A stretch of 64,000 nt of DNA from Eledone cirrhosa (GCA_964016885.1 OZ024743.1:18042001-18106000); one strand, 5' to 3'; shown: positions 1 through 13,229, counted from the first letter of the stretch. The notes: generated from the sequence alone by a model not told the origin. Translations and numbers: made by a program.

Positions 1-2455
1 AATGTACTGGGGGGAAGCACTTCTCTCTCCACCATTGACCTTCCTTTCCAGGTGAAACTTGAAGTAGTTAATGTGGGATTGGCCGAAGAGAAAAGTGTCT
101 GTCTTTAGTCCTTTCAACCTGGTCCACCATATAATCTCTTTCGCAACTGCCACCAGACAGAGGAACATTTCCTGCTCTTCCTGACCTAAGGAAGGCGGTG
201 GATCGATCTTCACTATGGACTCGGCCGATAGCCGGATTCGTTCCACACGCGACAGTAGCTGTTCCACATAATTCCAGAAGTCAGTAATGTACGGACATTC
301 GACAAGTGCGTGCAGAACGGTTTCGTCGTTCTGTGCGCATCTTGGGCAGGTCCGTCTGACAGCACTTCCGTGCCTGTAGAGTTTATCCCGAACCGGCAGT
401 GCCCCCCCGGTAGCACTGCCAAGCGAGGAATTTCTGGAAATTGTCCATCGTCCCCGGCTCAAAAGTCCTCCGGTACAGACTAGTCAGTTCGACTTTGTCG
501 AGGCCCAAAGCTTCTCCGAGTGCTTCATCGCACTTGCCCACCACTAATCATCTATAGAACTCGAGATTGGAAGTTCCACTGATCGCATTACTCGCTTGGT
601 AGAGGGCAGTGAGTGCCTGGCAACATTCCAGGTGCCAGTCACCCAATCCCGGTCTCTTCTTGACCCAGAACTGCAGCTCAGTCAAAGAAATGAGCTGCGG
701 AAAGGCTCGTCTGATAAACGGCGACCACACCTATTCACCGTTGAGGCAGAATATCTGGAGATGTCGCAGCCTCAACGCATGTCTGCGCATCGTTAGCCAC
801 GGCATGCCCAGCACTCCGCGTAGAGGGTGCTGGCAGTAGATGCACCGCCTCACCAACGGAACTTGTCCCCTCCACAAGAATTTGAAGAGGAGCCGTTCCA
901 GCATGACGAGGCGCGGACCGGGGCAAGGCCCGGCGGTCAGGCGGTAGTAGATGACGGACGCGATGTACGCATTCGCCACCTGCGCGCGACCTTTCAGTGA
1001 TAGCTTCCTCCCTGCTCATTTTTGGGTGAGACTGGCTTCTCTGCTCGTTACCTCGTCCCAATTATTTTCCACCTGTATGTCTGGTCCGAACCAAACCCCG
1101 AGCAACTTTACCGGTCCGTCCATCCAGCGCCCCACGACGCTGTTGGACGGCATGGGCTTGCCTCTCCAGGTTCCGAGCTGCAAGCCCACCGACTTTTCCG
1201 GGTTAATTTTGGCTCCTGTCAACTTTTCATATTCCTTCAATAAGGTGCCGACCACCTCGATTTCTGAGGTGGTCGACACCATCACGGTCATGTCGTCCGC
1301 ACAAGCCGACACCGCCTTTCCACGTCCCGGTTCGAGCGCGATGCCCTGCAACAGCTCCAGCTTCCGCAGTAAAGGCTCGAAAGTCAATACGTACAGAAGG
1401 GAAGAGAGAGGGAACCCTTGACGGACCGATCGGGAGAGCCCAAATGGTTCCGAGAGGTGGCCATTAACCTTGACCACCGAGCATGTGTCGCTGTGTATTG
1501 CAACGATCCAGCTTCTAAAGACAGGGCCGAAGCCAGCTGCTTTGAGGACAAACTCCAGATACCGATGGTCGACCTTATCGAATACTTTCGATTGATCTCA
1601 ATTGATCAGTGCCCCACCGAAGCCAGGTTTACACCCTACCCTCTCTATGATGTATCGCATGAGGTGGAGATTGTCGTGTATGGACCTGGCTGGGTTTGCG
1701 CAAGTTTGCGCCTCCCCAACCGAATCCTCGACGACAAGCGCCAATCTCTTTGCTAACAGCTTGGCCAAAATTTTAAGCTCTATGTTGAGCAGAGTTATGG
1801 GCCTGAAGTTGTCTAATGTATCTCGTTCTCGTCTTTCCTTATCAGCGTCACAACTCCCCTGCTCACAGAACTGGGAATACTCCCATTCTGCTGCCAGTTG
1901 CAGTAGAGTGCTTCGAGGAGTTCGGAGAACAAGTCTGGCATATTTACGTAAAAGCTCGTAGGGCAGGCCATCCAAACCGAGTGACTTGCGCCTCATGCAG
2001 CCGACAAGGGCGTCCTGAATTTCGGCTGCAGTAATCGGCCTTTCGCAGCGCTCAGCGTCGACCGTTGAGATGCGCGGCAAGCCGTCAAGGTAGGGACTGA
2101 AATCCGCTACTCTCTCAGACTCGCCACTCTCTCTGAACAACCGAGCAAAGTGCTGGCGAAAGGCCTCACACATCCGCTTGGAATCGCTTATCTCGTGTCC
2201 GTCTCGTTCCGCCAACGACCGAATTGTGGTTTTATTACCACGCTGCGCCTCCGCCACGCGGGCCAAAAGAACAGCTTTAGTTCCCTCGTTTCTCAGCGCA
2301 CGCGCCTTAGCTCTGACAATGCAACCTTCGTGTTTGGCATTGAAGAAATGGTCTAATGCCATTCTCGCCGCTAGCACGTCAGTTGCGATGCCACTACAAA
2401 TAGCCTCGTCTAACTTATCTACCAGCTCTCCCTCCTTTCTATTTTTCTCCAACGC
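1..2455 (-). mobile_element. 5'-truncated, frameshifted Tx1/L1-clade non-LTR retrotransposon (family Tx1-A), RT portion of ORF2; 3' end runs off the window
   Basis: ORF pieces 1598-2452, 1016-1477, 731-979 and 548-730 carry KSLGLDGLPYE, NFRPITLLN, VRQGFPLS, CADD (for YADD) and VKLLGVWF. Closely matches the reverse complement of ~55198-57650. The 5' break abuts (TAA)n at 2456-2481. Confidence 0.93.
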
Positions 2456-2481
2456 TAATAATAATAATAATAATAATAATA
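2456..2481. repeat. (TAA)n microsatellite at the 5' junction of the Tx1 copy
   Basis: Direct reading: taataataat... Confidence 0.95.
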
Positions 2482-3610
2482 GTATTCATTTTCTATACCT
2501 AGAATACGAAAGCTCTATTGTGATGGATTATAATCTTCATTTTTGCATATTTCTTAAAGAATAACAAATCTTACTTTGTGATGTTTGTCAGAAATATCAG
2601 TTAATTCATCCTCTATAGTCTTCTAGTTGACTGTTGGACTTCGTATAGTCAGGGAGAGGAATGATATCTCCTGTTTTTTTCTTTTCGCGAATTCACTGGG
2701 TTATTAAATTATATCGAATAGACGTTTGACAGCAGTTTAACCAACACATACTTTTAGGTATAGTTATTTTAGTAGTTATTTCTCAAGGGCTGTAGAACAT
2801 AAATAAATATGAGAGACATATGATAGTTGAAGTGTGAATATACAGAACATAGCAGACAATATGATATGCTTGAATGATTATAGTTCAGCAACGAGCTTGA
2901 AAATGTCTGAAAATATTAGACATCGAATGGTAGTAAATGTCGATTCAAGTCAAAGAAATTACGTGCGCTTGGGTCAATAGAGATATTAGTTCAATAGGCG
3001 CAGTAGTGGAATCAGAAATCGTAATTTCCGAGGAATTTGATGACAGTTTCCCGAAAGAAAAATTGAATACTATGTACATGACGAGATATAATTTATGTTT
3101 GTGTTCAATAACTCATAATTTAGCCATAATTGTAAGGTGGTCATCATCATTCTCTACGGGGCCAGTTGGCTGGAATATATTTGTATTACTATTTCTCTTT
3201 TAACAAAGGTGCCAGTATATGGAACACAAACAATCTATATGGTATTCATAATATTAATAAATATTTAGTGCTACATATATATTCTATACATTAGAATATC
3301 ATTCAACTTGTCTGGTGTTTTTAACCTAGAATGAAAGCCAGCATACTCGTGTTGGTGTGATATGATTCTGAGTAGTGTCGAGATGTATTATATAATTCAC
3401 TTTATACTCGCGCAGGAACACTGTAGGAACACTACATAACATGAAGATCTATCACATGTATGCCCACATTACGTGTCGACTGAACGATGTTGTGATTTGC
3501 AGAGGGCGCACTTTCATCATCAAGCAATATCAGGTGGTCATCATCTATTTTCGTGACGATATGGCTTATTGCGATTGTCGAAATTGTTTAGATAATACAG
3601 CTGGTCATAT

Positions 3611-3654
3611 TTTCTAGTAATATATTCATGTATACATGAATATATTACTAGAAA
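3611..3654. repeat. 44-bp perfect palindrome
   Basis: tttctagtaatatattcatgta|tacatgaatatattactagaaa. Confidence 0.95.
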
Positions 3655-5354
3655 TTATTGCGCCTATTTACATGTCTAGCGTATATATTCTTTGTCTAGC
3701 GTATATTTGTGTTTGTAGCATTCTATGTGTATAACTAGATATAGGATATTTGTTTCACTGGGACAGAGTGCCAAGGAATTACAAATCATACTTATAGTTT
3801 GATAATAATATTCAATGCATGAACCAATATATACAAAAACATAGATCAACATGTTTTGTGTTTACCATGCAAAATATAACAACATTACTGTGTTATCATT
3901 GTTTACAATTGGAGCATTAGTTTACGACGATCTACGTTACGGGAATGGAAACACACTGTGTAGAGAGATACAAACAGAATTAAATTCAATATAGCATACA
4001 CTAAACATTATACCAAGTAGAATGCACACATGCAGATAATATGTAACAAATGAATATCTGCATAATAATTCCAAAAAAGAATTAAACGTTATCAACTTGA
4101 AAACAACATCCATTACACCACATCATAGATTAAGCCAAAGAATATACTACAGAAACTGTAAAATTATGAACTACATATAAACACAAACACGTGTATGTAC
4201 TATGAATCCATTTAGTAAATCGATTGAAAATGTGTAACTTCTAAACGTCATGATTGTATTTTTCGTAATTGACATGCAAGTACTGTTTTCTTCAAAATGC
4301 ATCAAAACAGGTGAAGGCAAGAAGATATGTGATGTCGGTGGATGATTGTACATATTGCCGCGGTTAGGCACAGTATATTCGCGAGCATATATTACTACCG
4401 TGATTCGGGATATAGGTGATTTGACTGTATATATATATTGTGCAATTTGCATGATAATTTGCTATTTTCTGTCACAAGAGCCAACACTACCAGACAATAA
4501 AAATAAATATATACATATAACAAGGCAAACGATACAACCCTATTTCGCAAATTATATCAGCGTTTTTGCTACGCAGTTGGGTACTTCTGGTCCGACAGTT
4601 TGATAACAGGTTTTAAAATAGATGGTGGTTAATAGGAGTCATGACCAAAGATTAAGTATAACAATCATAATTCTAGAATGTTCATCAAGTTGAAATTAAT
4701 TACATGTATTAATAATGTTGTTATTAGCGTCCACCTTCGTTTCATTTAATTGATAATAAATATTCATAGACGATAATCCTTAGAATAATTTTTATACAAT
4801 ATTGTTGTTATTTCCATACAATGTTGTTTTATACAATGTTGCTGTCATTATAAGTGTTGCAACTACTATTAATGATGATGGTGATGATACTAATAAAACA
4901 ATAAAATAATAATTATTATTTCTTAATAATAATAATAGCAACATTACGATATTCTTATTATCATTATTACAAATTTTCTTTGCACGGTTTGATTATTTTT
5001 GTTGTTTAATTTTTATACATTTGCTTCTCCATGGCTCTTTAACAGGAATATCGAATCAAAGCAACATTTCCCCCAGAAATAATAAAACTACTTACTGCGG
5101 TAACAGTAAAACACAGAAAAGCACTTCACTGTTGTAAGAGATCAAAGAATTTAGGGAGTAACAATAAATGAAAATACTTGATGTCCCTGTCTCAGCTAAC
5201 ATACAGGAAAAAATATTGATAGCATTTTCTTTCTGTAATATATTATATACATATTGTATTATACATAGACATGCGTACACAGCCCCGCAAATACTGACAC
5301 GTACAAAATTATGTCCAGAAATACACACATTTTGCTGCACACAGGCAAATACAT

Positions 5355-5543
5355 AAACACACACACCTACACACACACTCACACGCGCACATACACCCAC
5401 ACACACACGCACACACACGCACATACACCCACACACACACACACAAACACACACACACTATATATATATATATATTTATGTATATGTATGTATATATATA
5501 TACATTCTATACACAGACATATACAGAAATATGCACAGATTTA

Positions 5544-5583
<40 letters not shown>

Positions 5584-5990
5584 TAACTCTGTGTGTGTGT
5601 TTATTATGATGTATCATATATACATTAACATATATATATGATATGGCTTACAACCCTTTCATCTAAAACTGCTCTAATTACTACTTCAGTTTTCTCTAAT
5701 ATTAAAATGACTGACATATAATTTTCTTCCTTGTAATGTCATATGTGGTCTAAATGGAATACGTACACTTCCGACAAATTGCCATTCCTCAACACACACA
5801 CACACACATATATATATACATGTGTGTGTGCGTGTGCAGTAATGCTTTTGTTTATATCAATATACATATGTTTATATGTTTCTACACACACCCATGACAA
5901 TATTTTTATCTATAAATATATATATATATAAAGAGAGAGAGAGAGAGATAAAGAGAGAGAGAGGGAGAGAAAGAGGGAGAGAGGGAGGGG
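5355..5990. repeat. Compound (CA)n/(TA)n/(GA)n microsatellite region
   Basis: Direct reading; explains the HT/YI/LS repeat ORFs. Confidence 0.9.
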
Positions 5991-6693
5991 CAGTATGTGC
6001 AGAGGTACGGTCGGTAGTAACAAATAGAAGAGAGAAATGAGATTGCTTCGTAACTAATTCCTGAATAATGAATATTCTACAAAGTGAGATTTTCAAAGAT
6101 CTAGATAATAATTAAGTGGACAATATTATTTAAATGAAGCTTCCTCAAAGTGAAATGATCGGCAATCATATGTGATAAAAAGCATACGCACGCATTGGTA
6201 GATATACTTTTTTCCAAGAATCTACATATTGTTTTCCTCACCCACGTCGGTGCAACGTATTGCAGTAAGGCCATCTTCGCAAAGAGAAACTTCTATACAT
6301 GATAGCGCGTAAGGACATTGGTTAGGAATTTGCGATTTATTTGTCGCAGTTTTTTACCTTCCTTAAAGTAGTGGGCATCAATCATAATAAACTGATTCCA
6401 GGATGTTCTCTCTTCTCGGTGTAGTACCCAGGACCTATGATTGATATTGGTCATTTGCACCATCTGTTACAGGGCGTGTGTCTTTTAATATTCGTATTTC
6501 CGCTATAGAGGATTTATATATATAACGTGATAATCTGGTGTTAGGATTTGCTACGAAAATCACCTACCCATCTAACTGAAACTGCGATCAAATATAATCA
6601 TCAAATACGAGGATTAAGCCAGGAGGCCTGAGTCTTTGATACACAAACACACTCATAAACACAACTAGAGACATCGGCACGTATATATATATA

Positions 6694-6750
<57 letters not shown>

Positions 6751-6755
<5 letters not shown>

Positions 6756-6869
6756 AACGAGTAGGACCCCGACGGATGAGCTCAAGCCGTTTCGACGGCT
6801 AATTCTGGACTCCAGAATTAGCCGTCGAAACGGCTTGAGCTCAGCCATCGGGGTCCTACTCGTTCCTAT
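6751..6869. repeat. ~119-bp near-perfect fold-back palindrome next to (TA)n
   Basis: Arms ataggaacgagtaggacccc...aattctgga / tccagaatt...ggggtcctactcgttcctat, centre at 6810, two mismatches. Confidence 0.9.
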
Positions 6870-6963
6870 TACCCACTCTACTACCCTAAGTATTGAGTAC
6901 TTTGGTGCGTTATGGTCCACCTGGTTCCTTACCACATTTCCTTCGTTATATATATATATATAG

Positions 6964-7147
6964 AAGTGGTTACACAACAGTTACTTCACCATACCGATGA
7001 CAGTTGTTTCACATTAGCGGATTCTCAGCTCGTAATGGACATGGTTGTCCTTCCTGTCCCATATAACCATGTCTAATACGAGCTGAGGATCCGCTGAGGT
7101 GAAACAATTGTTCTCGGTATGGTGAACTAACTGTTGTGTAACCACTT
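6964..7147. repeat. Imperfect inverted repeat (~80-bp arms), probably inverted Penelope-like terminal repeats
   Basis: aagtggttacacaacagtt...catggtt / aaccatg...aactgttgtgtaaccactt; each arm carries a hammerhead-like core. Confidence 0.75.
7079..7116 (+). ncRNA. Minimal type I hammerhead ribozyme-like motif (degenerate)
   Basis: cgag-CTGAGGA-tccgctgaggt-GAAAC-aatt-GTT-ctcg: core boxes, stem I cgag/ctcg and palindromic stem III; stem II is weak. Confidence 0.55.
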
Positions 7148-7214
7148 ATACCTAACTCGTTTCATGGACTGAGTGCTCTACCACTACGGATATTACCTTC
7201 CATTGTTCTAGCAG

Positions 7215-7301
<87 letters not shown>

Positions 7302-7597
7302 TGCTAGAACACTGGAAGGCAATATTCGTATATATATAAATTGAAAAAATGAAACGAAATTTCATTTCTCACTCTTAGAACGGCTGTTACTTAAATATAA
7401 GTTTGCATACGTACTTAAATATATGTATACAGACGTGCAGTAGTATGTATATATATATATACATACATGCACACACATATATATATATATGTACTTATGG
7501 ATTTACCGAACATTTATTATAATGTTTGGTTTGTTTTTAAACAAACATCCCGAATTAAGCAACCATCGTGGCCGTTTTGTTCAACACTGGCAAAGGA

Positions 7598-7640
7598 ACG
7601 ATGTACTAGTTTCAAGCTTATTAGCTATCGTCAGCACCGT
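7598..7640 (-). ncRNA. Minimal type I hammerhead ribozyme (inverted copy)
   Basis: Minus strand: acggtg-CTGACGA-tagct aata agctt-GAAAC-ta-GTA-catcgt. Confidence 0.7.
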
Positions 7641-7804
7641 GTAACTTCCTGCGAAATGATTGATCGTCTGAAAGTATATACTTTCGTTTCTTTTTTTCCA
7701 TTTATCGTTTTCGGCCGATTAACTCACTCGATATGCAGATTAGGCTGCTCAGCCGTTAATATGCATTAGGAAAGTATATATTTTCAGACGTTCAATCATC
7801 TGGC

Positions 7805-8429
7805 AAAAATACCAAAATTTTACAACAAAATATAAGTGCGTACAACGCATATAAATGTAAAATAACCACGAATATACCACCAACACATCAAACCAACCAT
7901 AATACTAAAATAAACCGGAACAGCCCACCGTCTTCTTCACATATAATCGAGTAAATTTCACACCAAATTAGACTAACACCCGTGATATAATATTCACGAA
8001 TGGTTGTAACTGTAGAAACAAAAGCAATTGCCCCTTAAAGGGAAATTGTCTTAATAATAACATAGTATATAAATATAAAATTAGCACTAAGGACTCAACT
8101 TATTCATATATAGGAGCTACGTCTAACCAATTTAAAGTAAGATTTAATACCCACAAACATAGTTTTAAAAATGCCGCATTAGCTAATACAACATCCTTGG
8201 CTGAAGCAATTAATAATTATATAAAAAAGAATATCGATTACAACCTGACCTGGAGTGTGTTCAAAAGCGCCACCCTTATCAACATAACATATATGAGTGT
8301 AGATTATGCTCCCAGGAATCTTTTGAAATAATGAAATCTAAGGATATCCTATTAAATAAGCGACAAGAATTAATTATATCTTGCAATCATAGAATTAGAA
8401 AAACTTCCAAATATTATAAACCTAATTAA
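7805..8429 (+). pseudogene. C-terminal GIY-YIG endonuclease remnant of a Penelope-like retroelement (possibly Naiad-type)
   Basis: Manual translation from 8005: CNCRNKSNCPLKGNCLNNNIVYKYKI...YSYIGATSNQFKVRFNTHKHSF...LTWSV; frameshift near 8272, then PYQHNIYECRLCSQESFEI...LLNKRQELIISCNHR, stop at 8427-8429. Confidence 0.85.
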
Positions 8430-9381
8430 TATACACCTTACACTTATATTTTACATATTATTATAATTATTGTTTTTATTTAGTTAACCTATAATTAGTA
8501 CTTTACTACAGAGAACTTCATAATTTTATTTCCCTCTTACTGAAATGAATACCTAAAATTAATACCTAAAATTAATACCTAAAGGTATACATATAAATTA
8601 ATTTAATTTTCTGTTATGAATCTAGATTCCTTTTAGTCTATATATGATTGGTATTTCTCACTACTACACTTATCCCAACATTTTTTTCCCTCATTTTTAA
8701 TAACATTCTTTAATAACATCTAATTCTTATTTATCACATCCATATGAATTAATATAAATTTATCCCTATAATTAATTTAATGTGTTGTTATAGATCTAAA
8801 TTCCTTGTGTTTTAAATAAGATTTCTCACTAATACCTTTACCCTAAAATTTTACTCTACTTCATTTTTAACATTATTATTTAATAACATCAAACGTTAGT
8901 CTACCCTTCACCGACTTGACCACTTTTCATCCAAAAATTATTCTTTTCATTGAAAGTATTCTTTCCATTCAAAACATATGTCTGCATTCCTCTACCGCTA
9001 AATTAAATTTCTACTAATACGATTCTATCAATTTGACCTCTTACTTCTTTTCTATAGGTCAATTCAAAACCTGTTCCCAAACAGACCTATTATATTAAAT
9101 CTTTGTTGGGTTTTTTTCAATCAACAAATCTCATTATTTCTGAAGACACCATATATATATGAAGGCTAAGGGTTCATCTCTCCCGGTGATTTTGGATGGC
9201 CATTGACTATTAAGAGCTCCTATGCCATTTGACAAGTTTTGCTTCTAGTCCTGCAGGAAGTACAAAATCACCCTCCTAAGCCAGAAACCTTGGTGGGGTT
9301 GCCAGTTTAGTCGCCAACGACCCGACCAGGAGACAGGTTGTACTGGGATACATGTTACCAGTAGCACCTACTGGTGACCTG

Positions 9382-9471
<90 letters not shown>

Positions 9472-9640
9472 GGAAAAATTAAACGAAAATTCATTTCTCA
9501 CTATTAGTATGGCTGCTACTTAAATATACGTATACACACGTACATACATATATGTATACAGACGTACAGTAGTATGTATATATATATACATACATGAACA
9601 CATATATATATATATGTACGTATGGATTCACCGAAGGTAT

Positions 9641-9683
9641 ACGTTGCTGACGATAGCTAATAACCTTGAAACTAGTACAGCGT
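9641..9683 (+). ncRNA. Minimal type I hammerhead ribozyme
   Basis: acgttg-CTGACGA-tagctaataacctt-GAAAC-ta-GTA-cagcgt. Confidence 0.7.
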
Positions 9684-10065
9684 TCCTTTGTCAGTGTTGA
9701 ACAAATGAGCAACGATGGTTGCTAGACACTGTACGGCTTAATTCGGGATGTTTGTTTAAAAACACACCGAGCATTATAATAAATGTTCTGTGAATCCATA
9801 CGTACATATATATATGTGTGCATGTATGTATATATATATATATACATATTACTGTACGTCTGTATACATATATGTATGTACGTGTACATACTTAAATTTA
9901 AGTAACAGCCGTACTAAGAGTGGGAAATGAAATGTCGCTTCATTATTTCCGTTTATCCTTTTCGGTGCACCCGGCCGATTAACCGACTCGAGATGCAAAT
10001 TGGGCTACTCAACCGTTAATATGCATAAGGTAAGTATATACGTTCACAATCTGGCAGGAAGGTAT

Positions 10066-10108
10066 ACGTTGCTGACGATAGCTAATAAAGTTGAAACTAG
10101 TACAACGT
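10066..10108 (+). ncRNA. Minimal type I hammerhead ribozyme
   Basis: acgttg-CTGACGA-tagctaataaagtt-GAAAC-ta-GTA-caacgt; perfect 6-bp stem I, palindromic stem III (actagt), GUA cleavage triplet. Confidence 0.75.
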
Positions 10109-10369
10109 TCCTTTGTCAGTGTTGAACAAACGAGCAACGATGGTTGCTGGAGACTACGGCTTAATACGGGATGTTTGTTTACAAACACACCGAGCATTAT
10201 AATAAATGTTCGGTGAATCCATACGTACATATATATGTGTGTGCATGTATGTATATATATATACATACTACTGTACGTCTGTATACATATATGTATGTAC
10301 GTGTACATTCTTATATTTAAGTAACAGCCGTACTAAGAGAGGCAAAAGAAATTTCGTTTCATTTTTTCC

Positions 10370-10445
<76 letters not shown>

Positions 10446-10481
10446 AGTAAGAATATTTTTGAAACAGCGAGTGGATTTGAA

Positions 10482-10723
10482 ATTATTAGAAATGTTAGCT
10501 ATCGCAGTATTTTGACTAAATAAATAAAATAAATTATTTAGCATGATAGTGGGGTTAAGTACCCTCGGAGAAATAGAAAAAGATGAGTATTGACGTACAT
10601 GGGAGTACGCATGTACGTCAATACTCATATTTTTCCATTTCTCCGAGGTTTCCTAACCCCACTATCAGGCTAAATAATTTCTTTAATTTATTTAGTCAAA
10701 ATACGGCGATAGCTAACATTTCT

Positions 10724-10729
<6 letters not shown>
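10482..10729. repeat. Long imperfect inverted repeat (~120-bp arms) between (TA)n tracts
   Basis: attattagaaatgttagctatcgc...gagtattgacgtacatg / catgtacgtcaatactc...gcgatagctaacatttctaacaat. Confidence 0.88.
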
Positions 10730-10810
<81 letters not shown>

Positions 10811-11203
10811 ATTAAAAAAATTATTATATATATATATATATATAAAATATTAAAAAAATTATTTTCTGAAGACGACATATATATCAGTTGGTATGTATAT
10901 TTAATTTTGATAGTTTGTATAATTTTGTATAATTTTGTACATAGATCTGTTAAATATACATGCCAATTCTAACACATATATATCCCAGAAACGATCGTTA
11001 AATAATGAACTTTTTTTGTTTAATATAAGGAACTGTTTCATTGTTTTATTCATTATTTTTTTAATATTTTATCTTGACTCTGTATTCCGTTTATCTTTCA
11101 CCGAAAGTGATTTTTCATTGCATCTCTTGTTTCCATGATATCCGGATTACATTGAGTTCTTCATACGGATTGGACACTACCGTAAACTCTTGGTAGATTT
11201 ATC

Positions 11204-11204
<1 letters not shown>

Positions 11205-11294
<90 letters not shown>

Positions 11295-11369
11295 ATGTGT
11301 GTGTGTGTGTGTTTATTTATATATGGGTGTATGTGTGTGTATATATGTGTATATATGTGTTTATATGTG

Positions 11370-11407
<38 letters not shown>

Positions 11408-11410
11408 TAC
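11205..11410. repeat. (TA)n/(TG)n compound microsatellite
   Basis: Direct reading. Confidence 0.92.
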
Positions 11411-11972
11411 ATATTTATTAAAATAACAGATTAAAGTTGAGGCAAATAATCGGTGGTTTCACCCTTAACGGCATCTTCTGAAGCTAAAAAAATTAATCTG
11501 TGAACACAGAAGTAAATATATCGATAAACGTTGCAGCCGGAGGAAGACAGGAAGACGATACTTTGATCCGTGGAAAGGTTCCCTGACAAAGAACGGGAAA
11601 AATCGAAGATAATACCTCATTATTTGATGCGGTGAATACAATTGCACGCAAAGAAAACCACGTTTCTCGTATAAATGAAGTCGTAGACTAATATTATATT
11701 TAGGAAACCGAATGATTCTCGGTTTCAGAGTTAAGAATAATGTAAATAAATTACAGAGGCTATTGAAATCAACAATAATTAAATATGTACATGCACGCAT
11801 CAAAATACGTACATACACATGCATACGCGAAAACACCAACTATGGGTATGCAAATAGAGGCACGTACACAAAAACACGCGCACACCTACAAAAACCCACG
11901 CAACGCCAGTGTCCGCACACATACGAACGTATACACCAAATACACATAAAACATATATAAAATATACATATA

Positions 11973-12013
<41 letters not shown>

Positions 12014-12630
12014 ATACATATAATTATATCAACGTATATGAAAATACACACGCAAATAAGTATTTAACGTGCGCACTGGGCGAGTGTGTGAATGTGCTTG
12101 TCGACAGCTGGAATATATATTTAGAGAAACTTCACAATAAGGGGAATCACCCCCAACACTTGAATCTGTTGAAGAAACCTCTCAGGCCTTTGTCACCCTT
12201 ATTCCAACCTTAAAGACCTAGCTTCTACAAATTTCCCTTTTCTTTAAACCATTGAAACCCACCCATCATGTAGACACCTGTCTTACAGGCATTGTTACTT
12301 TAAGTGATAAACTAGGATTGGTATTCCAAATATGATTTTGTTTACAGTATTCTTCCTGCCATTGTTAATACTATAGCTTTAAAGAATTAGCTTTTATATG
12401 AACTCCCTTTTCTTTTAATCCTTCAACCAATTACCTCCACCCATCCCAATCCCCACCCTCTTCTACCACCAAAAATGAAAAGATATAAATGCCACTACTT
12501 ACTTGGACAGCCAGCTCCCTGATGATTTCTCATGAATGAAACCGTTCTAGTCCTGTAGAAGCTCTTCTATATTAAAACTTATATAGATATATATACATAC
12601 ATACAAACAGACAAACACATATATATATAA

Positions 12631-12661
<31 letters not shown>

Positions 12662-13229
12662 CAGACATACAAACAGAGAAATACATATATATAAATATAT
12701 AGCCACCAAATAGTTAACCACCAAATAGTTTCCCAACTGACATCCTTAATGTTATTTGATCACGGGGATACAGATTTTCTCAACTCTAATTCTGAAATTT
12801 AACCAAATTAATAAATGATATAAATATCTTATCTCAATTTGCAAAACGCCATCATCTAATCCAACATATACGAATAGGTACACAGAAATATACACTCACA
12901 CGCAAATATTCAAATTCAAGACGTCGTATATACAATCTCTCTCTCATACTCATATACGCACATACCGATACACATACCACTATGAATATACATGCTAAAA
13001 CATTCACGCACACGGAAGAAAAAATACAGGGTAACATACATGCTCAATCGAACATTGGCACTTAGATGAAACAAACATTCATATACACTGAAAATGAAAT
13101 CTGACACAACAGATAAGCACAAAATAGTAATTACTCACGAAGTGAAACACATCGGCCCATACATGAGCGATTTCACAGTTCTAGCATCAATCCTTATTGT
13201 TAGTCTCTTGCCTTTTCAGCCGAGGTGCG

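Larger units (their letters stand above)
7330..10375. mobile_element. Cluster of Penelope-like element (PLE) remnants with direct and inverted terminal-repeat copies, embedded in (TA)n
   Basis: ~7330-7680 is inverted relative to ~10060-10375. 9641-10065 and 10066-10375 are direct copies. Hammerheads in the repeats and a GIY-YIG remnant at 7805-8429. May comprise more than one family. Confidence 0.75.

Noticed and set aside
2500-4700. Possible decayed membrane-protein gene on the minus strand
   Set aside because: Only short hydrophobic frames with frequent stops and no motif I can support; would need tBLASTx.
10858-12560. Further hammerhead-like cores (ctgaaga...gaaacgatcgtt at ~10866-10999; minus strand ~11450-11480; ctgatga...gaaac at ~12519-12543)
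   Set aside because: Interrupted or lacking intact stems and cleavage triplet; probably decayed PLE ends but not supportable individually.
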